DNA of 64,000 bases from Haliotis rufescens. Its lineage: Eukaryota. Under the pieces are notes generated by a model, which saw nothing but the letters and a program-made list of their open reading frames with translations, ran no database searches and was not told the origin of the DNA. The stretch spans positions 39,122,001 to 39,186,000 of the forward strand of contig NW_025963779.1 of NCBI RefSeq assembly GCF_023055435.1, read 5' to 3'. Below are positions 47,399-60,201 of the stretch, in pieces. The translations under genes were made by a program, and so were the position numbers. The first letter of the stretch is position 1. Each line of letters starts with the position of its first letter.

Positions 47399-49750
47399 AG
47401 CTCAAACTCACTCTGGACATAATATATTACAAGCAAGTGATTGTGCAGCAACTGGAACTGGACAGATGATCTGTGAATTCGATTGAGGTAAGTTAATTTT
47501 TCAAAAATAGTCTCCTCTTGTTGATATGTTTCTGTGCATGCAGTGCGTCAAATGATCTAAATGTATCGTATTATTCAGAAGTGGCAGGGTTAAGAATGCA
47601 GTTTGCCGGTCATTTTCACTGAGCGTCAGTGTTGATATTAATATGATACACAGAACTTGATGACAGAGGTGAAGGGGGCCCAAGACTTTTTTCCATATTA
47701 TTATTTTATGGATACCAAGGGTAATTGCCAAGGGCAAGCGGTATATTTTTGACCAGAATTCAATCTGGTGGCGTTTTGTGGCCGTCATATTATGTTCGGG
47801 TTTCGTTCGTAAGCGTGTAGATTTGTAAATAGGCCTAACTTATGCATCGCCTACTGACCGCACTGACAGTTATCGCCATTTCTTCTGTGTTATTTCTGAA
47901 ATCATTACTATTTAAAGTTTACATGTACTAATCTTCTGACTTTGATTTTTGTGCAACAATGTGGCTCATCCAGGCCATGGGAAAGGTTAAGTAGATTTCT
48001 CTTATACAGCGAAAAGAGGGAATCAAAACAATGGAAGTATTCAGATCGACTCTCTGTAGGCTGCTAGTTATAGCCCTAGTCTAAAGTGATCAATGATGTT
48101 ATGAAAAAAATCGTATTTTCGGGAAGAGACAGAAACATACTTGATGTTTCCGAAAAGGCCTAATTAGCACTGACTGAAGTAGCCTAAATGTGGATCATCA
48201 GGTTGTTGCTGCTGTCTATAAAGTTTATCATAGCAAGGTGCTTATCATGTGTATTTTTATTATTTCCGAAAAAAGAATCAATTCATCATTTTCCGATAAC
48301 TAGATCTATGTCCGACTCCTTTCTAATGAAAACGAGCAAAAGTAAAACGAGTCTCTCGTCGCGTGCTATAACGGGGTGTTTGCGGTATTGTCCTCTCTGG
48401 TGATGATAAGCTAGTCGATAGTCAAAAGTTAAATATCACCATATATTGTCAGTGAGTTGGTCATCGTTTGTTGATTATTAAAGTGAGATAGGTGTAGCCA
48501 ATGTGCACCAATGAAAAATACAATGGAATTGATAGCAACCATATTCTTTCGGTTTTCGATCTGCATATGTTGCCACGTAGGCTACCATACTACAGAATTA
48601 TATTTAACGATATTTAACTGTATTAGATCTATGTTAATAAACGTAGTGACAAATAAATTTCAATAAATATTTAGAGCTGTTTCAACTTCGTCTGGTATTG
48701 TATAAGCTATTGCATTTTGTTTATTTCCCCATGTTTCTAATCTTTGTAAATGTTAGAACATATATAACTATCCTGGCATATTAATATGGAAAATATTAAG
48801 GTAGATCTAAGTATTAAAAAAAATCACAGTTTTAATTAGGATAAATACCCCAAAGTGTTAACACTTTTATCACTTATTGGTGGGCCAATTCATAATTCAT
48901 ATTCAACATTCTTGCTTCAAATATGGGAACTATTTATTTTATTTGGCAATATATATTTTTCATTTATGTACATATTTTTCAAATAAGGTTTTAGAAACTT
49001 GGCCATGATATTCACTTGAATCACTAGTTTGAGTGTACAGCAGAAAGGTAAAGTTACTGCTTTTGAAAAACTACAGTTGATCTGTTGACTGATAAAACTA
49101 TTTGCCAATATTACTATCAGTTACATCATACTCTATTAGTCTAAGTAAATGGGATTTATCTATACAGTACTGGTTTATTTAAGAATGTGATACTTTGTTG
49201 TTTCTGTTTTTCTTTCAGGTGGAGAAAACAGTATTGTGGGAGCGTATTTGTTTAAAGTACATATCACTGACAGAAAGGTATGTCTGATTCAATAATATAT
49301 ACAAACATCTTCAAGAATTAAAATTTAGATGATTCTTATTTAATTATACCCACAATCTAAAAGGGCGGGGGTATAAAGTTACACCAATGATTCAGTGCTA
49401 AAAGCTTTTCTGCTTATGTATGATCCAAGAGCATCATGGTATTAGTGTCAGCGCCTTCGCACTTTCAGCAGTTTTTAACAGTTTAAAGACTGACATCAGA
49501 CATCAAAACATTATTTTGGGGAATGCAACCGTTATTTTGTTATGTCAGAAATATGTCCCTTGCCTTGCCATTTTATAACATTTGTGTCATTTTTTATTCA
49601 GTTACCAAGGCATAAGGAGAGACTGAGGATACAGTTGAAGATCATCCCTGTGACTTTTCATTTGAGGACTGAAAAGGCTCCCTAGCAACTCAGCCCATGT
49701 TCTGACTTGTCATTTAACAAATAAATAAAGGTCACCTCAACCAGAATTCT
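47385..49750 (+). ncRNA. Putative spliced non-coding transcript inside the transposon (>=3 exons)
   Basis: Donor GAG|gtaagt at 47487; exon 49219-49277 (polypyrimidine-cag| ... AAG|gtatgt); terminal exon from 49602 with AATAAATAAA at 49720; no substantial ORF. Confidence 0.45.
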
Positions 49751-50710
49751 ATTGTCATTTCGTTTACCTAATGGATCTTAGGACATCAGATGCATAGACT
49801 ATTCTGTTTGTCACAGTGTTGCTCTCAATGCTGAATGTATGAGGTAAGGCCAAGAAAATTTAAATGTTTCAATTTGTGCAGGGCTTATTGTTTGATGGTT
49901 TTTAATTTGCAAATTCGTGGGAAAATCCAATATCTTTTAATTGTGTTGAAACATTTGTGAACAATTTGCACATAGCCTTGAAAATTGTTTTGGAAAATGA
50001 ATATTATATTACCAAATTGAAATGTAATTTAAAACATTTAGATTTATATCTTGGCCGTATTTCAAACTCTGCCAAAAGAGAGTGCATTTCATTGACTTGC
50101 TGTTTCATGGATAGGGTTAAAGTGAATTCAGTTTGCAGAATGTATTTCTTGGTACCTGACGTCTTAACTAGATTGGTACAAACTTTTCAGGCTGCCTGGG
50201 AGGTATTGAGGAATAAAACAGGCGTTAATCTACATGGACATTGCAACAACGTGCTGCAATGCCTGTAGTGTCGCCATATGTAAACAGTATGCGATACCTA
50301 CGTTGTCGCAACGTAAAAAATGGACGTTGTGACAACGTCTTGATTTGGTTGTATTTTGGTTTACGCACAACGTTGTAGCAACCAATCTGGGAGTCTACAG
50401 AATTACTTTGTGACAACGTAACATCACAACGTTGTAGCAACGAAAAGTAAACGTTGTCACAACGTTGTAACAACGTAGAATTGTTGGCTGGGTACGTTGT
50501 CGCGACGTTTTGGTTAAACGTTGTAGCAACGTAAAAAATGGACGTTGTGACAACGTCTTGATTTGGTTGTATTTTGGTTTACGCACAACGTTGTAGCAAC
50601 CAATCTGGGAGTCTACAGAATTACGTTGTGACAACGTAACATCACAACGTTGTAGCAACGAAAAGTCAACGTTGTCACAACGTTGTCACAACGTAGAATT
50701 GTTTGCTGGG

Positions 50711-52972
50711 TGGCTGCTTGATGTGTCACCTACCACAGGGCTACCTTGTAGCTGGCTGCTTGATGTGTCACCTACCACAGGGCTACCTTGTAGCTGGCTG
50801 CTTGATGTGTCACCTACCACAGGGCTACCTTGTAGCTGGCTGCTTGATGTAAGTGTCACCTACCACAGGGCTACCTTATAGCTGGCTGCTTGATGTGTCA
50901 CCTACCACAGGGCTACCTTGTAGCTGGCTGCTTGATGTGTCACCTACCACAGGGCTACCTTGTAGCTGGCTGCTTGATGTGTCACCTACCACAGGGCTAC
51001 CTTGTAGCTGGCTGCTTGATGTAAGTGTCACCTACCACAGGGCTACCTTGTAGCTGGCTGCTTGATGTGTCACCTACCACAGGGCTTCCTTGTAGCTGGC
51101 TGCTTGATGTGTCACCTACCACAGGGCTACCTTGTAGCTGGCTGCTTGATGTGTCACCTACCACAGGGCTACCTTGTAGCTGGCTGCTTGATGTGTCACC
51201 TACCACAGGGCTACCTTATAGCTGGCTGCTTGATGTGTCACCTACCACAGGGCTACCTTGTAGCTGGCTGCTTGATGTAAGTTTCACCTACCACAGGGCT
51301 ACCTTGTAGCTGGCTGCTTGATGTGTCACCTACCACAGGGCTACCTTGTAGCTGGCTGCTTGATGTGTCACCTACCACAGGGCTACCTTGTAGCTGGCTG
51401 CTTGATGTAAGTGTCACCTACCACAGGGCTACCTTGTAGCTGGCTGCTTGATGTGTCACCTACCACAGGGCTACCTTGTAGCTGGCTGCTTGATGTAAGT
51501 TTCACCTACCACAGGGCTACCTTGTAGCTGGCTGCTTGATGTGTCACCTACCACAGGGCTACCTTGTAGCTGGCTGCTTGATGTGTCACCTACCACAGGG
51601 CTACCTTATAGCTGGCTGCTTGATGTGTCACCTACCACAGGGCTACCTTGTAGCTGGCTGCTTGATGTAAGTGTCACCTACCACAGGGCTACCTTGTAGC
51701 TGGCTGCTTGATGTGTCACCTACCACAGGGCTACCTTGTAGCTGGCTGCTTGATGTGTCACCTACCACAGGGCTACCTTATAGCTGGCTGCTTGATGTAA
51801 GTTTCACCTACCACAGGGCTACCTTGTAGCTGGCTGCTTGATGTGTCACCTACCACAGGGCTACCTTGTAGCTGGCTGCTTGATGTGTCACCTACCACAG
51901 GGCTACCTTGTAGCTGGCTGCTTGATGTGTCACCTACCACAGGGCTACCTTGTAGCTGGCTGCTTGATGTGTCACCTACCACAGGGCTACCTTGTAGCTG
52001 GCTGCTTGATGTAAGTTTCACCTACCACAGGGCTACCTTGTAGCTGGCTGCTTGATGTGTCACCTACCACAGGGCTACCTTGTAGCTGGCTGCTTGATGT
52101 AAGTTTCACCTACCACAGGGCTACCTTGTAGCTGGCTGCTTGATGTGTCACCTACCACAGGGCTACCTTGTAGCTGGCTGCTTGATGTGTCACCTACCAC
52201 AGGGCTACCTTATAGCTGGCTGCTTGATGTGTCACCTACCACAGGGCTACCTTGTAGCTGGCTGCTTGATGTAAGTTTCACCTACCACAGGGCTACCTTG
52301 TAGCTGGCTGCTTGATGTGTCACCTACCACAGGGCTTCCTTGTAGCTGGCTGCTTGATGTAAGTGTCACCTACCACAGGGCTACCTTGTAGCTGGCTGCT
52401 TGATGTGTCACCTACCACAGGGCTACCTTGTAGCTGGCTGCTTGATGTGTCACCTACCACAGGGCTACCTTGTAGCTGGCTGCTTGATGTAAGTGTCACC
52501 TACCACAGGGCTACCTTGTAGCTGGCTGCTTGATGTAAGTGTCACCTACCACAGGGCTACCTTGTAGCTGGCTGCTTGATGTGTCACCTACCACAGGGCT
52601 TCCTTGTAGCTGGCTGCTTGATGTAAGTTTCACCTACCACAGGGCTACCTTGTAGCTGGCTGCTTGATGTGTCACCTACCACAGGGCTACCTTGTAGCTG
52701 GCTGCTTGATGTGTCACCTACCACAGGGCTACCTTGTAGCTGGCTGCTTGATGTGTCACCTACCACAGGGCTACCTTGTAGCTGGCTGCTTGATGTGTCA
52801 CCTACCACAGGGCTACCTTATAGCTGGCTGCTTGATGTGTCACCTACCACAGGGCTACCTTATAGCTGGCTGCTTGATGTGTCACCTACCACAGGGCTAC
52901 CTTATAGCTGGCTGCTTGATGTGTCACCTACCACAGGGCTACCTTGTAGCTGGCTGCTTGATGTAAGTGTCG
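50711..52972. repeat. 42/46-bp satellite, right part
   Basis: Same unit as 44953-46039, in register across the insertion. Confidence 0.97.
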
Positions 52973-54198
52973 CCACCAGTGTTTGTCCCTGCTGATGACT
53001 GAACACTGAAATCGCTGTACAATATTGTGTTGGTTTACTGCTGAGCTATGTAATCATGTGATACTGATATATAATTTGAGGGAGGTTTTTATTGTAAATA
53101 AATGAAAAACTATCAATGTAGATTTGATTCTGTGTTTACTCAGATTCATTGTACAATTGCCGTTCATGATAACATGAGAAAAGCCATTGCTTCTAAATGA
53201 TGTCATATCTTTTGTTATACATACAGAAATGTATTTGTGTGTACATATATATGCACTTATGCATACCTTGGTATGAATGTTTTCAAAGTATTTATTTCAC
53301 AGTGTGAATATGAGTTTTAGGCTTCCAGATTATTCAGGTAGTGACAGAAGTATATTCCCCTTACACTATATTATAATAATTAGCATTTCTAGTGGTACAT
53401 AATGTATGGCAACCAGCGTATTGGTCAGGCTTGGTTGATGAATGTCATGTCATGTGGATTGTCTCCTCCAGACTCGATTATTTACTGACCGGCACCATGG
53501 AATATTGCGGAGTGTGCATGTAATATTAAACAACAAATAAACATAATACACTTTAACTAAAACACAACTCATAGACCTTGCTTTTCAATCATTTCAGGTT
53601 TCACATCCTTGAAATGTACCCATGACAACCAGCAGAGAATATTATGTGTCATATTGAGAGATGGATTGTGGTGTGGTAGGGTTTTCAAAATGGTGTATGT
53701 GTTTCAGATAGGATCATTATTAAGTTACTGTGTGTTCATTCTTTCCAGGAACTTTACAGTAATGTCAATACAGACTTTTTGTGTGAAATAAATATTTCTA
53801 CGTTAGAGTTGTAGTTGTAATATTTTTAAAACTTAGCGCATGACGAAGTAATTTTGTAAATTTATTGTGAGTAATGGCTGGGAAGTTGTGGGCTGAACAT
53901 GATTCTCAGTTTGTCAGCAGGGCACAGGAAACCCAGGCTGTGAGTTGAAAGGATCTGTGACACTGGGTATTCCACCAAAATGAGGCTGTTGGGTTGTGAC
54001 AATCCTAACTGAACTACTAGCGCAAACCTTACGAATATTATGTTCAATTATATAGATAAAAACGGAGATGTTTAGAATGAGAATTTTAGTCATCGTTCAA
54101 AGATAAGCAATAAATAAATCACCTATATAGTTATAACATAATGGAATCTTGCATGAACGTGAACGTGAACTGAGAGCTGAATTATTATCCATGCCGAT

Positions 54199-55125
54199 TT
54201 ATTCAGGTTGTGTACAGTGACATAGTGCACAGCATTCATCCCGGAACAAGGTTGACGCCAAGCTGTATATGATTGGGTTGACAACACAGTTAACATACGG
54301 GAGATAAACCCCAATGTCAAACGCTGTCAACAGAAGGTGCGAGAATGCATGCACGTTTTCGTGAACACTAAACCATGTTGAAATCGCCATGATCGGCAGT
54401 CCTGAAACGATGTAGATTATTGCTGATACAAAGAATACTCTGATTGAAACCTTTCTTGATCCAGTTTTAGCAAAACGTTTACCTAGATCTTTCCAAATCT
54501 TGAAATAAGTAACAACTAAGAACATTGTAAATGCAACGAATTCAACATCCACAAATATTGCATAGGACAAGGAGAACCAATCGTTTCTTGCATAATCACA
54601 AGTAGGTACACAATAAGATTCATTTCCTTTTGTAACATTGGTTATTGTCTTTTCGATCAGGTATATTAAGGGAGTGCTTGTTATCAATGCCAAGCAGACC
54701 CCAGTGAAACACAGTTTCAGGACAAAGGACCTCGTCATGTGATGTCCAAATGGTTTGCAGGCCTTCTGATATCTCTGGTAGGCAATGGCTGAGAGCACCA
54801 CGCCCATCATGGCAGAGCTGAAGTGCTTTGCGAAAGTCTGTGTCTTGCAAATTACGGAGGCATCAACAATGTCGTAAACAAAACGAAGCAGGAAAGTACA
54901 CGGTAGGCAGATAAACACAATGACCATGTCCAGTGCAGCTAAGATCTGGACAAATGATCCGAATATATTTTTCTTCAAACGAAAATGGTACATATAGAAG
55001 ACCAGGCTGTTTCCGGTGAAGCCGAGCGCAAAGAGGACCACGATAAAAAGGAGTACCGGCCAGTGAAGACTCGCCATCCCCAGCCGGGACGCTGCTTGGT
55101 CGACGCAATGGGTAGCATTACCCAT
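54199..55125 (-). CDS. Rhodopsin-like (class A) GPCR, 308 aa, single coding exon
   Basis: Seven hydrophobic segments; TM1 GNSLV, TM2 LAALD, TM3 Cys and IAYQRY..CKP, TM6 LP, TM7 NCVVNPIIY; acceptor tttgttctag just upstream of the ATG. Confidence 0.9.
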   Translation of the reverse strand: MGNATHCVDQAASRLGMASLHWPVLLFIVVLFALGFTGNSLVFYMYHFRLKKNIFGSFVQILAALDMVIVFICLPCTFLLRFVYDIVDASVICKTQTFAKHFSSAMMGVVLSAIAYQRYQKACKPFGHHMTRSFVLKLCFTGVCLALITSTPLIYLIEKTITNVTKGNESYCVPTCDYARNDWFSLSYAIFVDVEFVAFTMFLVVTYFKIWKDLGKRFAKTGSRKVSIRVFFVSAIIYIVSGLPIMAISTWFSVHENVHAFSHLLLTAFDIGVYLPYVNCVVNPIIYSLASTLFRDECCALCHCTQPE

Positions 55126-55193
55126 ACTGCTGGTCCATCTGTCGATATAGATAGTACATTCCTAGAACAAAGTTAGACACCGCTTCTTATATA

Positions 55194-56347
55194 TACACAA
55201 AGAAAATAGTTAAGCACAACCTAATATATTTCATTATTGTTTGGTCCCCATATTTGTAACAGTCATGAAAGATAAAATTACGAGATGATGTAATCAGTCA
55301 TGCGTGACGAAAGCTCACGTGTCATGCATGGTGTGCCCGTGCAGCATGCTACCCTCGAGTATCTCTTAAAAGCAGTATATCCAAACGTTGAAATTACTTT
55401 CTTAAGCTCGGTTTTAAATTCCATGACATTGTGTGACCATGACACGAAGGCGATTATCAAACGCCACAAGATGGCAAATAGTCGGCATGCATAACGCAGG
55501 AATATCTTGTAATGCCATTGGTCGGAATTTGGGGTATCATCACACTGTTGAAGCCGTTTAGTCGAGAAACATGCTCAGACCGGTGATGTATAGGACCGTC
55601 CCAGATCCGGAAGACCTCCTGCGACGACACATCGCGAAGACAGGGACCTTCCTCGTCTCATTCGCCAAGAATCCTTTTAAACAAGTACTCATCTGAAACA
55701 GCTGTGGTTGCCTAATCGTTGTTTCAGCACCAGAACCGTCCGGAACCGACTGAAAGCAGCAGGACTGAAGGCTAGACGAGTCATAAAGCGTCCCTTGTTG
55801 AGAGATCACCACAATGCTGCTCGTTTAGCATGGTTGGATTTGGTCACAATAAGGGGCAATTTAACAGGGGCTCAGTACACCCGGGACGTTTTGAGGACAG
55901 TCGTCTTTCCTCGTCTTTCCTCGCAATGAGCCAGATTTGAACCCCCTGTTGAACATGTTTGGGATATTCTGGGGAGGCGCGTACAGGCACGAGATCCTCC
56001 TGTAAAAGATTTACGCCAATTGGAACGCACCAGGAGTTGTTGTTGACCCCTCAACAGATTCAACGTCTGACTGGAGGCATGAGACGTAGGGTGGAATACT
56101 TAATAAAACAGCTCCATACTTTTTTTAGGTATGGTCTAAGGTAAAAAACAGTACCTGTGTTACCATGATGTTTTTGTCAGTAAATTTCAATCACAACTCA
56201 CCAATATCTTCTTTATTTGTTGTCAAATGTTTGTTCTAGCCGTATCATTGGTATCGCCCAACTCCTGTGGTCAGTCATCCCATGCCATGATTTTGCCATT
56301 TGTCATGGTTCAGAAATAGAGGTGTGCTTAACGTTTTTCTTTGTGTA
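55194..56347 (+). mobile_element. Decayed Tc1-like transposon
   Basis: TIRs TACACAAAGAAAA..GTTAAGCACA; TA flanks; fragments STRTVRNRLKAAGLKARR and PDLNP.EHVWDILGRR. Confidence 0.87.
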
Positions 56348-56804
56348 TATTTTCCTATATCAAGTATCTACACATGACCATATCCCCGATTTGTTGAATG
56401 TCGAAGATAATATCGTGTCGGGAGAGAATATTCAGCAATCTGAAGGACGTGGCGACTACAGGGATCGGGTGGTCAGACTGCAAAGATGACTGTTTCTCCA
56501 GTTGGTCCCATGTACCGCGTCATATCATATGATACAGTGAAGCAGAGGAAACAATTAGAAGGGAAGTCAAGTAACTATTGGCTTGGATTTCGGTTTCTGT
56601 ATTGAATATTGTGCATTATAACTTTGTAAAAACAAATGTTTCCTTAGAAATTCAATACGTGGTATGATTTTGAAAAATGTCTATTTTACATGGAAATATG
56701 AGGTAAAGGATGTTTAATTTTTCAGGCGTATAGAAACACCTCCCTGCAGTTGGTACACTAATAAGTAAATAGTCCTTCTTCGTTTTGTACATTTGTCAAG
56801 AATA

Positions 56805-56943
56805 GTGAGTGAGTATTGTTTGACGTCGCCTTCAGCAATATTCCACTAATATCACGGCGAGGGACACCACACACATTCACACATTGTACCCATGTGGGGA
56901 ATCGAACCCAGGTCTTCACCACTAAGCTATACCCCACCGCCCC
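56805..56943 (-). mobile_element. tRNA-derived SINE (same family as 25139-25304, internally deleted)
   Basis: Sequence homology; TSD TTGTCAA(G/T)AATA. Confidence 0.85.
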
Positions 56944-57589
56944 TTGTCAATAATAAATTCGCGCATATCCTGGTACATTATCGCGCCGTAGATTTATTTT
57001 AATAACATATTTAAATTTACCTGTGTGGAAAAGGTTCACCTGACCAGTGGTGTATGTTCCCGCGGTAAGGCGCTATAACTGATTGCTAACCGCATATCAG
57101 CAGCTGATTGTTTAGAAGAGGAAAACACATGGTCATTAGCAGTTACATTCACAGTGATACTTTTGTACACTTTAACTATCGATATTACTTCCGTATCATA
57201 CTTGGGGCGTGGTGAATGTCAAACAGCCCATATAGTAACCTAACCTTTCACCTACAGCTCATGAGGCATAAGGTCCAGTCAGTCCTACGTGCGCGTTAAT
57301 TTATTGTAAATATATAAATGAGTGAATGAATGAGCGAACGTACGAACGATCAAAAATAAATGACAGAATGAATGAATGAATGAATGAATAACAGTTACAT
57401 TCAGTCAACGTAACGAAACTGGCAGAGTTTCCCTGTATGCCCGATGACTTCACTCGTACTAAACAACATCCTACATGGGATATAGAGGTTATCACGCGAG
57501 TGTGTTTTGGGATGGTAAATGTCCTGCATTAGGAATAAACATTGTATTTAGCGAGCCTTTTTATCATATAATGTCATTCTTTCAGCACT

Positions 57590-57770
57590 CAGCAACCCAT
57601 ACTTGCCGCAAAAGGCGACTATGCTTGTCGTAAAAGGCGACTGACGGGATCGGGTGGTCAGGCTCGCTGACTTGGTTGATGCATGTCATCGATCCCAATT
57701 GCGTGGATCGATGCTTATGATGTCAATCACTGGATTGTCTGGTCCAGACTCGATTATTTTACAGACCGCC
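57590..57770 (+). mobile_element. SINE body (second family)
   Basis: CTTGTCGTAAAAGGCGACT...GGATCGGGTGGTCAGG...GGTCCAGACTCG, homologous to 28510-28718. Confidence 0.75.
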
Positions 57771-58309
57771 GAAGTATTAAGACTGGGAAGGGAAGTGCTT
57801 ATGCAACAAGACGTCCACCGTTGTATTTGAGACTTCACACAACAATGTGAGTGGAGTACTGTTGTTTCGATAACAAAATGGGATGACACGGCTATGTTTA
57901 GCTATGATGGTGAATGGGTCAGGGGTATTTATCAGATTAGAATGGAACTATGATACACTGGATAATCGAGGGTGAGACGTTTACTTCTTAGATGAAACTC
58001 ATAAGTATGGACTCTGGCAAACCAAGTATCATAATCAAGGTCGATCTAGAATTAGTTAGCTAATCCTGACACGGCTAAAGAACGTAACCGGAAGGGGTGA
58101 AATAACGGTGTCCTTGACCTGTGGGCTACTCGTGGCCCTTCACGGGTATAGTGAATAAGCCAAGAATTACAATCAAGACGAGTCTGGGATTCGCACCCAG
58201 GTCCATGGGTTTCGTTGCCTCTAACTGCTTTGATAGATGTAACGGAAAAATGTAACTGCTTCATACAAATTTAAAGAAAAATATATTTATTCTGAAACAG
58301 AGACTAAAT

Positions 58310-58989
58310 ACCGATCGCAATTTGCACGTGCATCTTCATTGGATGGTTGCCTCTTCAGATAGGAGACAAGACTGGGACATTATACTGTTCACAGATGAGT
58401 CCAGGTTTCATCTGGAGAGCTCTGGAGGTCGTTCAAGGGTCTACAGGCGACCAGGAGAACGTTAAATACCGACGCATGGTCTTCAGTTTGGGGGTGGAAG
58501 TGTAATGGTATTGGGTGGCATTACAACTCATGGGAGAGCGCAAATACATGGACGTAACGGCGCGTTGCATCAGGATAATGCCCACCCACATATTGCACGT
58601 GCCTTTTTGAGGCAACATTGCTGTACTGCCATGTCCGGCAGTTTCTTCAGATCTCTCCCCCATAGAATATATCTGGGATGAGATAGACAGGACCAGAACC
58701 AGCCAGTACGGCCAACTCAGTCGGGCCAACATTTGGAACAACATCCCCTAGACTGTTTTCAAGCATCTGGTGACTTCAGTGCGCCGCCGCTGCCTCGCCT
58801 GTACAAATGCAAATGGCGATCATACCTGATATTGACATTGTTAACTAAGTTGTTACACCACCCCTCATTGGGGGCTTGTCGCCAGGTATGGTTTTTGTCA
58901 ATGAATTTGTTATGATGGCCATTTATTAGGCTGTTATTTTCAACATTTACATCACTTTATATGAAGCACAGTTACTTTTTTCGTCAGTA
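58310..58989 (+). mobile_element. Tc1-like transposon 3' fragment
   Basis: LFTDESRFHL, FGGGSVMVLGGI, QDNAHPH, DLSPIEYIWDEI; ends ...TTTTCGTCAGTA|TA. Confidence 0.85.
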
Positions 58990-59299
58990 TATAAACTAAT
59001 GAAAAGTGTGGTATTTATTTGGGTTGGCTATTATTTTATTCATCATGCATTATTTCCTTATTTGCTTTTGAATAAAAGGACAGGTGGCGGTGATGCATTA
59101 TCCTTGTAAAGGCAGAAACAAGCCCAATAAGGAAAACTTTGCTGTTATATATTCAATTGTTCAACTTGCAATAGAAGCCGCACAAAGGAAATTCATATCC
59201 TCTGTCATAGAAATATATTTGTGTTAAAAGCGAAAATATCGATAAGAACTGTCAATAGAAATCAGGTAATTAAACAAATGAAGATACATGTACTGTTTA

Positions 59300-59800
59300 C
59301 AGCCTACACCTCGGATATATGCTGCGTATCAGCCAGTTATCCTAGATAACCAACTGCCACCTCGGGTACATGCTGCGTATTAACTAATTATCCTAGATAA
59401 CCAACTGCCACCTCGGGTACATGCTGCGTATCAGCTAATTATCATAGATAAACTCCAGGCAACCAACTGCCAGCTCCTGTACATACTGCGTATCAGGTAA
59501 TTATCCCAGATAAACTCCAGGCAACCAACTGCCACCTCGGGTATATACTGCTCATCAGCTAATTATCCTAGATAAACTCCAGGCAACCAACTGCCACCTC
59601 GGGTACATACTGCTCATCAGGTAATTATCCTAGATAAACTCCAGGCAACCAACTGCCACCTCAGGTACATGCTGCGTATCAGATAATTATCCTAGATAAA
59701 CTCCAGGCAACCAACTGCCACCTTGGGTACATACTGTTTTTAAGATATTATCCCAGATAAATCCCAGGCAACCAACTGCCACCTCGGGTACATGCTGCCA
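59300..59800. repeat. 62-bp minisatellite
   Basis: CCAGGCAACCAACTGCCACCTCGGGTACATGCTGCGTATCAGCTAATTATCCTAGATAAACT. Confidence 0.93.
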
Positions 59801-60201
59801 ACTTAACACTATTTGCTCCAACATTCCTATTACTAAAATCTCAAATTCACCATAATTTTAAGATATCCATAACTGAATAATTGATATAGGAAAATGGAAT
59901 TCAAATATTTCGATGTCACAATTTTTTTTTTTCCTATCATAAAAAAATAATTTTAAGATATAAAAAAACCCAGTTATTGACATCTAACTGTTTCAGTAAC
60001 TGTTTCATGTAATTAATATTAGTGATATCAATACATATTATTGAAAGCACGCTATTGCCAAGCTTTCAACTTACCAAGTTACACTGAAGCCCTTTTTGTG
60101 AACTCAACGAGGACCTGACATGGCTCACGACTTTGCGTTAATCAGGAAGTGACCAACAGGCAAGTTTTGTTTTCTGTTTCAGAAAACAATATATATATAT
60201 A

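Larger units (their letters stand above)
46040..50710 (+). mobile_element. Non-autonomous EnSpm/CACTA(CMC)-like DNA transposon, 4671 bp
   Basis: Termini CCCAGCTAACA...TGTTTGCTGGG; 2-bp TSD TG exactly reconstitutes the interrupted satellite unit; dense subterminal (AC)AACGTT(GT) palindromes at both ends; no transposase ORF. Confidence 0.87.

Noticed and set aside
47488-49601. Intronic C/D snoRNAs in the transposon-borne transcript
   Set aside because: No convincing RTGATGA...CTGA pair with a terminal stem found by eye; a snoscan/Infernal search would be needed
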